Shown: piece by piece, positions 34,976 to 46,099 of the stretch | How positions within the stretch are numbered: the stretch's first letter is position 1 | How the letters are laid out: every line of letters begins with the position of its first letter | Source of the DNA: Convolutriloba macropyga | Taxonomy: Eukaryota | DNA length: 64,000 nt | Assembly: GCF_964194025.1 (NCBI RefSeq) | Contig: NC_134478.1 | Span: 20,336,001 to 20,400,000 of the forward strand | Direction: 5' to 3' | Translations under genes and position numbers: made by a program | The notes under the pieces: generated by a model | Database searches by the model: none | Seen by the model: the letters and a program-made list of their open reading frames with translations, nothing else | Told to the model about the DNA's origin: nothing

Positions 34976-37774
34976 TTAAAAATCTTGATCAGTAGATTTC
35001 ATTTCCAAAAGAAATTCCCTACCTCCAACCAAAACCCAATCCCACCGCAATAATTTAGTTGGATTTGTGGACGAGTTCGGTTTTCGTTCAAATTTTACTG
35101 ATTGATAATTATTTTGCATTTGAAATTTCTAATCATTACTTCATTAGTTTTTCCTTTTCATCTCACTATGTTCAGTAACTTATAAATCTGACCATTAGTT
35201 TCAAAACTTTTGTCGAATTGTTTTGTTAATATAGCCCAAAGATGGATAACATAGAGACATTATTTAATAGTAAACTTATAGCTAATTTTTATCCAATTTT
35301 ACCCAGATAAGCCCAGTTAATTTGCAAATTCAATCAAACATTTTTTTTTCAAAATTCTCTTTTGTAAAATTAGATTGTTTTATCTATTTGTTTCTGATGG
35401 CAACTGTGCCATTTTGGTTTTAAATTTGATTTCGATGACCGTTGCTAATTTTTAACTGCTTTTGAAGTAGGATGTTTTTCCAACGTAAAATGTTCTCAAA
35501 GGTTGTACTTAAGCTCTTCATTTCTATTTCTCCCATATCTTTTATAGGTCCAAAGAATTTTTTTTCAAATTTACACATGGAAGAGTGAGACACTCTTTCA
35601 TAATCCATTTTGGATCCTGGTGCTGAGACTCTTCTTGCCTCTATCTATTACATACTTATCAAAATGTTCCGTTAACTCAAATCTTCATTCTTCTTCAACA
35701 TTTAGGAGGTATCTTAGAATCAGCACGACTTTGAACTCACACTTTCCGGCAAAATAGATGTCTATATAGTAGGTTGTCAGTGAAGAAATGTTCGTGTAAA
35801 ATTTCACCAAAGCTATATCCTCAAACCACAACAGGCAAATTAACTTTCAAAAAGACTGTAATTGGAAAAAAATAACTTTAGACAAATCCTTTTTATCAAT
35901 TTATTTTTTGTTTGATTTTTTTTTGATTAAACAGCTGTGCTATTATGCTAGTTTTTGTTGAAAATCTTTTAATATCTATTCAATCTTTTTTCGTTTTCAA
36001 TTGGAATAGCATGTGCACAATTTCAAAAGTTTTCCCATTGCTGGGAAATTTTCTCGCCATGAGTTTTCCTGAACCTTTTCAAAAAACGAGCTTTTGGTCT
36101 TTGGCTATAAACTGATATAAAATTTATCTATCTGTATAAGCGACAGCATAACATGCATCCTCAACCAATAAAGAATCAACTAAATTATTTTCTAGTCCTC
36201 GCTGGTTTTTTTCAATCTAACCGCCATGCTTACACTGGCTTGTAAATTGAAATTTTCTGAATGCAAATTTCCTGTAGGTCCTGTTTGGTTTTCCAAAATG
36301 CTTTAGCCCACTGGTAGGTCTCTTGTGTTGATTATAACTGATTACTTTTTATTGAAATCTGAGATTTCTCAAAACTAAAAAGCGTACTTAATGTACAAAA
36401 AAAATGAATAAAAAAGGACAGTTCAATAAAAAACAGTTAAAGTACAAATTAATGTGCAAATTAATAAGTAGTTTTCTTCAAATGGAAAACAATTATAAAT
36501 TGGTTGAACATATAAAATACTATTTTTGGAATTTTGAGCTTCAGCACGCAAAACCAAAATCATACAATTCGTTAATTTGAGGATCCCATTAGGTATACTA
36601 CTGGAGCATGCTATTTTTGTGGCGCTCTATCAATTTCGTAAGACGCCAATTTATTGGAGTAACGGCTGTTCTTACACTTGTGACAATGCAAGAATTACAA
36701 CGCCCAATTTATTTAAGCGGTTTCAATTGTTTCCGGATATTGAAATTTTGCTGTCCGCTTCTTTAACTGTATATATGCTATATTCCTTTACTTTAATTAC
36801 ATATTTAAAACGAAATTGTTAAGGTTAGTTTTTCAATAGGAAAATTGACTGGATTTTCAACAGGTTGAATAACTCAGTTTCTTTTTTTGTATACCAGTTC
36901 AATCTTATAGGGATACAAATTGAAGGCAGAGATAAATAACAACGGCCTGTGTTGTCCAAAGTTAAAAAAAATTGAATTTTTGCTGTCCCCACAAGTTAAA
37001 TTACAGCACATTTTAGGTTGCAGAAACAAAACAAAGTAACAAATAATTTACTGCTCAAGTAATTTTCTGAAACGAGACTCCCTAGTCCCTTTACTGCTTG
37101 CTATTGATTACCGATACAAGATGGTGTATCAGCAAACAGTAAAAAAAAGTAAAATCTGAGTTTTGTCCAATTTGCTGATTTTGATGCGTAATCACTTTCG
37201 AAATGGTTTCATTTGATTGGCCGTAATTAGTTATGTCAACTTTATTTTGATCGTTTCATTGATCCATACGGGTATTTAATCTTGGTCTCCCTGCTGAGAG
37301 ATGTTTTTGCTCTAAGCAAAATATATGATGAATAAAAGAAGTCGAATTTAGTGTTTAAGTGCTCTTTTGATAATTCATGAACGGACAACAATATGGTAGA
37401 GCCAGCACAAAAAAATAGATTAAGAGTTCAAAAATAAGACGTCTGTCTTTTCTTCTGTCTATGTGATTAAAACGAGAGCTACTTTTGGCAGTGGTTGTTT
37501 AAAAAAAGGAGCACATCTTTTATAAAAATGAGGTCAAAAATGGAAAAGAGAAGGTCTGTTTGTTATTTTCCACCTTTAATCCAACGTATCCACTGCTAGT
37601 GTTCATCTTCATATTTTTCCACTTTTTTTCCCACTCTTTATGCTAAAAAATGCATATGTTTCCCCTTGTATACACGATTAAAATTCGTTGAACTCCAACG
37701 AAAACTTTTTTTACACTATTTCAACAATTTTTGTGCAATCGACGTCCTGACCCGGGTTTCTCTTTACGTTTTAG

Positions 37775-38449
37775 GCAAGAACTTTTCCTGATTCGTCGGA
37801 GCCAAATGAGTTTGGATTCTTCTGCAAGATATGTTTAACCAAAATCACCCGATCGCAATGGGAGCAGTCACACAAGACGGATGACCATAAAGTTGTTCCC
37901 ATTGAATTCGTGGAAAGTAGTCTCTTTCAACCTGTCATGGCGGGTGATTTTCCAGATAACTCCCGAATGTACTACTCTACTCCGTCGGATGCAAATACCT
38001 TATACACGGAACGAAATTGGCAACGAACGCGGACCATGCCTGTTGGCCGAACCGATGAAGCCAATTTGAACAGCCATGTTAACCAACTGATAGCAAAAGT
38101 CTGCAACTTGGAATCAAAATTTGGCCAATCTTATCAGCAAAGAAATCATCAAATACTGCAAATATTACAAGAAGACCAAAATATTCAAACCACAACTGCA
38201 TTTCGAGGTAATGAATTGTATTGTTTGAGAGAGGACCTCAAAGACATGTTCCAAAAACTGAAATATCTAGAAATCAGGCTGAACAAAATTGAAGAGGTGG
38301 TTAAAAATGTACATAGGAATCAGGAGGAATTTAAACACGAGAGTTCCAGTGTCGGAAGAGGAGGCGTCGAGTACGAACTTGTTCCCAGAAACAGTGAGGA
38401 CTTGTCAAAAACGACGCTATATCAACGTTTTTCTTTTCTCAGAGATTAA
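37775..38449 (+). CDS. Putative exon encoding a degenerate B-box-like zinc motif followed by a coiled coil
   Basis: The frame of ORF 37910-38449 stays open back to the acceptor ttttag|g at 37775, giving ...FFCKICLTKITRSQWEQSHKTDDHKVVPIE. The downstream heptad-like segment is LREDLKDMFQKLKYLEIRLNKIEEVVKNV. Gene ends are unresolved. Confidence 0.45.
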   Translation, partial: ARTFPDSSEPNEFGFFCKICLTKITRSQWEQSHKTDDHKVVPIEFVESSLFQPVMAGDFPDNSRMYYSTPSDANTLYTERNWQRTRTMPVGRTDEANLNSHVNQLIAKVCNLESKFGQSYQQRNHQILQILQEDQNIQTTTAFRGNELYCLREDLKDMFQKLKYLEIRLNKIEEVVKNVHRNQEEFKHESSSVGRGGVEYELVPRNSEDLSKTTLYQRFSFLRD

Positions 38450-38454
38450 GATTT

Positions 38455-39025
38455 CCCAGGCTGAGGTGTGTGCTCGAAATCGTCCTGTTCCAGACCGACC
38501 CAGACCGAAACCGCCCTGGTCCAAACCGTCCCAGGCCAAAATTGCCCTGATCCAGACTCAAGCGCGCTCGACAGTCTTTATGCGCTCGTAGTGTGCTCGA
38601 ATCCGCCTATGATCAGACTCAAGTAAGCTCGAATCCGCCTATGACTAGACTCAAGTGCGCTCGAATCCGCCTATGATCAGACTCAAGTAAGCTCGAATCC
38701 ACCTATGATCAGAATCAAGTGCGCTCGAATCCGCCTATGGTCAGAATCAAGTGCGCTCGAATCCGCCTATGATCAGACTCAAGTGCGCTCGAATCCGCCT
38801 ATGGTCAGAATCAAGTGCACTCGAATCCGCCTATGATCAGACTCAAGTGCGCTCGAATCCGCCTATGATCAGAATCAAGTGCGCTCGAATCCGCCTATGG
38901 TCAGAATCAAATGCGCCCATTCTGCCTTCCAGACCCTGTAATTTCAGACCCGAGCGCGCAAAGGTCAGGTGTGTGATCGCAATGGTCTGGACTAGGACGA
39001 TTTCCAGCGCTCACCTCAGCCTGGG
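38455..39025. mobile_element. Non-autonomous CACTA/EnSpm-like (CCC...GGG) TIR element
   Basis: 42-bp TIRs cccaggctgaggtgtgtgctcgaaatcgtcctgttccagacc and ggtctggactaggacgatttccagcgctcacctcagcctggg. Flanking TT/TT is consistent with a 2-bp TSD. Superfamily assignment is inferred from the termini only. Confidence 0.75.
38591..38910 (+). repeat. Minisatellite, 10 x 32 bp (gtgcgctcgaatccgcctatgatcagactcaa)
   Basis: Units start every 32 bp from 38591 to 38879. There are no spacers. Confidence 0.95.
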
Positions 39026-40238
39026 TTGTATGCCACTGTTAAACTTTTTGATTTTCAAAAGATTTTGTTTATTGTAGGACACCATTGAAAAAAACCGCGT
39101 CACTTTTCCGTGGTGTATAAATATAAAGCAATTTTTTCTAGCTGAAAAGGAATTCTGACAATTTTGAACAGGATTACAGCTGAAGGATACTTTTTGCACG
39201 TTACAATCCTCCTCCTCACTTATAACCCTCACTTCCGTTATTGGATATTTAGGGTAATTAGGGTGGGGGGTATGCGTGACCACTCAGCGGGGGGTGGGGT
39301 GGGGGTTGGGTTGTGGTGGAAAATGCCAATGAAGACAAGTATATATATTTTTTTCGGCCAATAATTTGTCGTTGAATGCATGCAGTAAAAAAAACGTTGG
39401 AATGATTTCTCTTATCCGAAGGCCCAATTGAGCCTTCTTGCTCAAAAAATGCAACAAATAATGCATTTGGAAGATTGGAACCATCTGTCTATGGCGATTG
39501 TGACCATTACAGCATCTACTATCCAACTGCTTATAACGAAGTCGGTTTCGGATTGACTGTCAAAGCAGGAGAAACGACCAACTTAGGTTTACCTCACCCG
39601 TCATCAGACAACCACATCAAAATTAAACAAGACGACTCGTTAAAATCTGTGCGTGACACTGATAGTTCCAACATATAGTCATTGGCCTCAGTGGACATTG
39701 GTTTAGCGAGCACACTAATCAAACGACAAATCTTGAAGATTTTTAGTGTCTATAAATTTTGAAAGAATTTTATTATAAAATTCTGGCCGTTGTAATGAAT
39801 TTTCACATAGTTTTTTGACATGTTCTGTCCGTAAACTTCCTAAACAAAAAAAATCCATTTTTTTCCTAAATTTTAAAGGTTCTGTAATGACTTAACTGAC
39901 AAAATTATGGATTTCAGTACAAATTTTTGCCGCGCAACAATATTAATTGGCGATTTCGTTGCGCAATTTTTGAGCGATATAATATCAACTTCAAAAATCC
40001 GTAAGATTTAGAATTGTCTCAAAAACTCGATGAGTATAAAATACTACCACAAAACTGCATATGCAAGCTGTTTTAGATTTACAAGGTGCGTATTCAGTAT
40101 TCAGTTCTCATTACTGCTTCAATTTGAACAGTTCAAAGGCCTCAGCTCTCAATGTCCCAGGCAAAAAGTTGAAAACAACTTGAAAGAGTCATAGTAGAAG
40201 TGCAAATAATCAAACACAGAAAAAACTATATCTGTAAC

Positions 40239-43197
40239 AATTCAAACAATATAAAGTCAACTATATACTCAAAATTCTTAAATTGTTGTGTAATGGATTT
40301 AACTACAAAATTCAGTCTTCATAAACTCAAATGCTCAAATAGGTTCCTCCCTATTCTTAAGCTCTTCAACCACAAAATAACATGAACCAAAACACTTGAC
40401 AAAAAAGCTCTTCAACATGAACAGTCCTTGAATATCAATCATTGATGCTTAAGAAGCGGATTGTAATAGATTTCAAGAATAAGATTTGTCAGGACACAGT
40501 AACGTTGACCTACTGCTTCCTAGCTAAAATATAGCGGAAAACTCGAAATTTAGAAGTCAAAAGTGGCCTTTTAAAAAACATAACCAGCAACAACTTGAAG
40601 TGTCGGACTTTCCCAAACAAAACAGTAGCTGCAACCGAAACCATTATCTGTCGCTTGAAAACAGTTATACGTTGCCTCTCCCTAGTGACTTAAGGAAATT
40701 GTCAGAAACTCCAACTCCAGTTGCAACGAGAAAATTTTTAGCATTGACATCATAGAAGCAAGCAAACATAAAAACAATGACATTAAGAAACAACAAAAAC
40801 GCATAAATTAAAACAAAAACAGAATACGACAGAAAATACTCTGTGAAGTCTGTAAACCACCAACGATTTTTCTAAACAAACATACGAAATATTTAAAAAT
40901 CGAGCCAAAGTTTACAAGATACAATAGATGTGATCATCTCAAATAACTAGCTCGCTCAAAAAAATTCACAAAATGATCTGCTTCAAAAACACAAAGTTTT
41001 TCGATTAAAAACACACATTGCGGAAGAAAATGGCCCATATTATTCTTATGGACTAACTAAGCTCTGTTAAATAATTGAAAAACTCAGATTCATATCAAGA
41101 AATATTCTGTTTTGGCGTTGCAGCATTTCAAAAAACTGATTATGTTAAGCCCTATTGTTGGGGATAACTTTACAATAAAGAAATTCAACCTTTTTCCAGA
41201 CTATTAATGACTTTATCAGAAAAAAATTCAAACAATATAAAGTCAACTGAATACTCTATACTCTTAAATTGTTGGGTAATGGATTTAACAACAAAGTTCA
41301 GTCTCCATAAACTCAAATGCTCAAATAGGTTCCTCCTTATACTGAAGCTCTTCAATCATAAAATAACATGAACCAAAACATTTGATAATAAAGCTCTTCA
41401 AAATGAACAGTCCTTGAATAACCTTCATTGATGCTTAAGAAGATGATTGTAAAAGATTTCAAGAATAAGATCTGTCAGGACACAGTAACGTTGACCTACT
41501 GCTTCCTAGCTAATATAAACCTGAACACTCGAAATTTAGAGGTCAAAACCGGCCTTTTAGAAAACATAACCAGAAGCAACTTTTAGTGTCGGACTTTCCC
41601 AAACAAAACAGTAGCTGCAACCGAAACCATTGTCTGTCGCTTGAAAACAGTTATACGTTGCCTCTCCCTAGTGACTTAAGGAAATTGTCAGAAACTCCAA
41701 CTCCAGTTGCAACGAGAAAATTTTTAGCATTGACATCATAGAAGCAAGCAAACATGAAAACAATGACATTAAGAAACAACAAAAACGCATAAATTAAAAC
41801 AAAAACAGAATACGACAGAAAAAACTCTCTGAAGTCTGTAATCCACCAACGATTTTTCTAAACAAACATACGAAATAATTAAAAATCGAGCCAAAGTTTA
41901 CAAGATACAATAGATGTGATCATCTCAAATAACTAGCTCGCTCAATAAAATTCACAAAATGATCTGCTTCAAAAACACAAAGTTTTTTGATTAAAAACAC
42001 ACATTGCGGAAGAAAATGGCCCATATTATTCTTATGGACTAACTAAGCTCTGTTAAATAATTGAAAAACTCAGATTCATATCAAGAAATTTTCAGTTTTG
42101 GCGTTGCAGCATTTCAAAAAACTGATTATGTTAAGCCCTATTGTTGGGGATAACTTTACAATAAAGAAATTCAACCTATTTCCAGACTATTAATGACTTT
42201 ATCAGAAAAAAATTCAAACAATATAAAGTCAACTGAATACTCTATACTCTTAAATTGTTGGGTAATGGATTTAACAACAAAGTTCAGTCTCCATAAACTC
42301 AAATGCTCAAATAGGTTCCTCATTATTCTGAAGCTCTTCAATCATAAAATAACATGAACCAAAACATTTGATAATAAAGCTCTTCAAAATGAACAGTCCT
42401 TGAATAACCTTCATTGATGCTTAAGAAGATGATTGTAAAAGATTTCAAGAATAAGATTTGTCAGGACACAGTAACGTTGACCTACTGCTTCCTAGCTAAT
42501 ATAAACCTGAACACTCTAAATTTAGAGGTCAAAAGCGGCCTTTTAGAAAACATAACCAGAAGCAACTTTTAGTGTCGGACTTTCCCAAACAAAACGTTAT
42601 CTGCAACCGAAACTATTATCTGTCGCTTCAAAAGAGTTATACGTTGCCTCTCCCTAGCGACATAAGGAAATTGTCAGAAATTCCAACTCCAGTTGCAAAG
42701 AGAAAATTTTTAGCATTGACGTCACAGAAGCAAGCAAACATAAAAACAATGACATCAAGAAACAACAAAAAACGCATAATTTTAAACAAAGACAGAATAC
42801 GACAGAAAAAATTCTCTGAAGTCTGCAAACCAACAAGGACTTTTTAAAACAAACATACGAAATATTTAGTTATCGAGCCACAATTTGCAAGATACAATGG
42901 ATCTGATCATCTCAAACAACTAGCTCGCTCAATAGAATTCACAGAATGATCTGCCTCTAATCGCAAAACAATTTGTTGCGATTAGAAACACACATTGCGG
43001 AAGCAAATGGCCAATTTTATTTTTATGGGATATCTAAACTCGGTTAAATAATTGAAAAACTCAGATTCAGATCAAGAAATTTTTTGTTTTAGCGTTCCGG
43101 CATTTCAAAAAATTGAACAAGTTCAGCCCTATTGTTGGGGATAATATTACTAACATTAAATTCAAACTATTTCCAGACTATTAATGACTTTATCAGG
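40239..43197 (+). repeat. Tandem triplication of a 986-bp unit, probably derived from a decayed non-LTR (LINE) ORF2
   Basis: aattcaaacaatataaagtcaac occurs at 40239, 41225 and 42211. Faint RT-like residues are present (AHIILMD(L)TK resembling D..KAFD; ggcgtt..ccctattgttgggga..attaatgac resembling GVPQG..LGP..IND). The repeat is certain; the LINE origin is moderately supported. Confidence 0.85.
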
Positions 43198-44220
43198 AAA
43201 CAAAACAATGGAAAAATTACAATGCAAAGACAAAAACGGGTGTTCATTAATACCTAAGGACGAAAAGAATAAAATATTCTAAATCGTTTTACAGTTCACA
43301 AAGACAGATCAATTAAAATTAATTGTTTTTTATAACATCTCAACGTAGAAATTTGAGATGAACAAAAAGTGTCGCATGCTAGAATGCGAAGTATTCATAA
43401 ATCTGATATATTTTAACATCGTCATAATCGAAAAAAACTTCCATCGAATTTAAAAATGGCTTAGAAAATAAGAATATTTCGTTACATAGTGTTAAAATTC
43501 ATCTGGAAATCTATAGATTCCTTACTGCCAAAAAAGAAGCAGACTCCAAGACAATAAAATATTCTGCTATTTTGCCAATATATCAAACAATTACTAAAAT
43601 GGAAGTTATGAGACAAATTTGCATTGAATTTGAAAACACTTGGCAGTAAAAATGTTTTAATGATCAATAATGGGGAACTATATTCTGCTCAGGAGTTCGT
43701 CTTCTAGTAAAGGAGATTAAAATACAGCGAAGAAACTATAAAACCCGGAAAAAAGCGCCAAGTCTGATTAGGATATATACAAATTTTTAAAATGAAAACT
43801 CCTAACGTCGCAAACAGTGCCATTCAAACACATAAATCAAAAGGATCTCGCCATGTATATTGACGTGGTGTGGCTCAAAAATTAATTATACCGAAAAATC
43901 AAGCTCAAGTGAAAAAATTGAGACAAATGGTCAACGTATTGAGAGAAAAAGAATTCAGCGGTAAGTAACAAATTAGGGAGAAATTGAACGAAAACTTCCA
44001 AATATTAAGCCAATTCAATTTAGATTTGGTTGGAATGGGAGATTCAAACGTTCACATTTGCAATTTTTTGGAAGTGAAACCTGTCAGATTTTGATACTGC
44101 CGTTTTAAAACACGTAAGAAAACATTGTGAACTTCATCCCAACAGAGAAAACAGCGAGAGCTTTGAGTCTAGATTTCTCCACTTTGTTTGAAAATGTTGG
44201 AACGATCTCATTATTCTCAG

Positions 44221-45102
44221 TTGCACATTTACGTGTTTCAATCAGTTTGGTCAAACTGTAAGCCAATAGAAAGCAAGCTGAAAAAGTTCAGTGTACGGGA
44301 CAACCATCTCTACCTTCAGGCCAAATGGAAGTGGACTCCCGAAGAATCATCTGGATTGATGCCAGTGGGAATTGGTTGGCAGAAAGTGCCAGTTGACTTT
44401 GCTATCTGCAACAGTGCTCTGTATTTTGTTATTTGTAATAGGAATGCATTATACAGTGTCGAAAAGTGGAGCAAGATTACAGACGGCATTGAAATGGTCA
44501 TGAAGGTGGCCGAGGAAGTTTCTTTAGCTGATGCAAATATTGACCGTCAAAACACTTTTTCGCTGGAGAGCGCGGGGAGTTGCTTGCTGTTTTTACAAAG
44601 GATTGATTTTGTGTCATCCCGTCTCACAGTCATGGAAAACCATATCGTGCGATTCAGCTGTATTTTGGATGTTTCAGTGGATCGCCAGCCAAAGTTTTCT
44701 GTCGCCGGGGACTACTTAGTATTTCCTCACAAGAGTTCGTTCCATGTTGTCAAATGGAAGCAGGGTAGTGTGGTCATAAAAGATGCCTCTGGGAGGACAA
44801 CGCGTTCTGTGGAAGTCGAGGGAAGCGACTGGGTGATTGGAAGCTTCTCACTTGGGAAAGGATTGACATACCTGCTCGAACTCCACAACGACCAAGAGAA
44901 AAAGTCAGTTTTATTCGCCGCGGAACAACTTAAACCAATCACGTTAGACCAACTGGTGATAGAACGACTCCAGCTGCCCATTCTTGGGTTGTTTGGATGT
45001 TCTATAGATGGAGTTATGCTATATTATGACGGACAGTCGTTGGGCATTCTACACCTGACCGAGACAAGGAATGAATACCTTCCGAGTACTGGATTTCACT
45101 AA
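44221..45102 (+). CDS. Uncharacterised beta-strand-rich protein, probable terminal exon (possibly beta-propeller)
   Basis: The 304-codon uninterrupted ORF 44188-45102 has coding-like composition in an AT-rich background. An in-frame acceptor ttctcag| lies at 44220. Upstream donors gtaagt (43961) and gtaag (44113) suggest further short exons, but these contain stops or a frameshift. Confidence 0.55.
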   Translation: MHIYVFQSVWSNCKPIESKLKKFSVRDNHLYLQAKWKWTPEESSGLMPVGIGWQKVPVDFAICNSALYFVICNRNALYSVEKWSKITDGIEMVMKVAEEVSLADANIDRQNTFSLESAGSCLLFLQRIDFVSSRLTVMENHIVRFSCILDVSVDRQPKFSVAGDYLVFPHKSSFHVVKWKQGSVVIKDASGRTTRSVEVEGSDWVIGSFSLGKGLTYLLELHNDQEKKSVLFAAEQLKPITLDQLVIERLQLPILGLFGCSIDGVMLYYDGQSLGILHLTETRNEYLPSTGFH

Positions 45103-46099
45103 GACTTCAAATATATTTACAATCGTTGTTAATTTTCATTTCGTAACTAATTTTTGTTGATTAATTACTTCGAGTGCTCCAAAACGTTGAAATTACATCT
45201 CGAATTCAATTTCCTAAATGTGAGTCTAAATGAACAAATACTTCTTTCTTAAAATCTTTATTTATTCAGTAAGCCTCGTTAGACACCTGAAATCATCTAG
45301 CTCATGTGATTTTCATATAAAATTACCTGACCCCTATAGTTCACAGATACAGTTGACGAGTTCTTTGCAGATAAATTGTGAGCTTAGCTCAGGTTGAGAT
45401 CTTCGTTCAAAATAACTTGTGAAAATGCCAATCCATACCAATTTTGCTAATGAAAATTCCCAGGCAGACCCAAATCACCTATGAACAAGATTTTGGCTCG
45501 TTCAACGTTTCCCTGCGTTCCTGTGATCGTCCAGGGGTTGGTATGAAACAACCCATTCAGACATTAAAAAGGATATGGGCCAAATTTTAGCACGTTTAAC
45601 TTATGGAAAGAATGTTGTGACCCTTTGAGACAAGGAGCTGCTCAATGCTCTCTATACTAATTTTGTTGTATATCCTATCCGTAACGATTGAGAATTGTAA
45701 AGAAAGTTGTGTTTAGTTCCTTTGGTTAAACGTTGAGAGAGTGATTTCTTTGGAAAAAGAAATATTTTTGTTTTTGTCCTTCCCTTCATTTTGAACTTAC
45801 AGGGACCTACCTTCTCATATGGGCTGCATAATAATTAAGCGTTGTTTCTTTGCTATTGTGATGTGTTTTGAATTCTGACCTATCCTCGATTTCACTTAAA
45901 GACTTAAAAAGGAAGCCGTATAAAACAGCCTGTTTTTTCTTTGGCTGCACTGATATAAAGCAAAATTTCTTGTGGCCCAGGACAATAAAAATAACTCAAG
46001 AAATAGATTTAAGTACCTCAGACAATAGCCCTGCAAGAAGGTTGTTTGATGCAATAACGTGTGATAAAAGGAGTGAGTGATGAAAAAAAGTGTATGGTG

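Noticed and set aside
38591-38910. 32-bp repeats as a CRISPR array
   Set aside because: Units are contiguous with no unique spacers, there are no cas genes, the context is eukaryotic, and the array lies inside a TIR element.
43792-44112. In-frame TGA codons as selenocysteine/readthrough in upstream exons of the 44-45 kb gene
   Set aside because: Reading through still gives the wrong phase at the 44221 acceptor, and no SECIS was seen. Decay or a sequencing indel is simpler.
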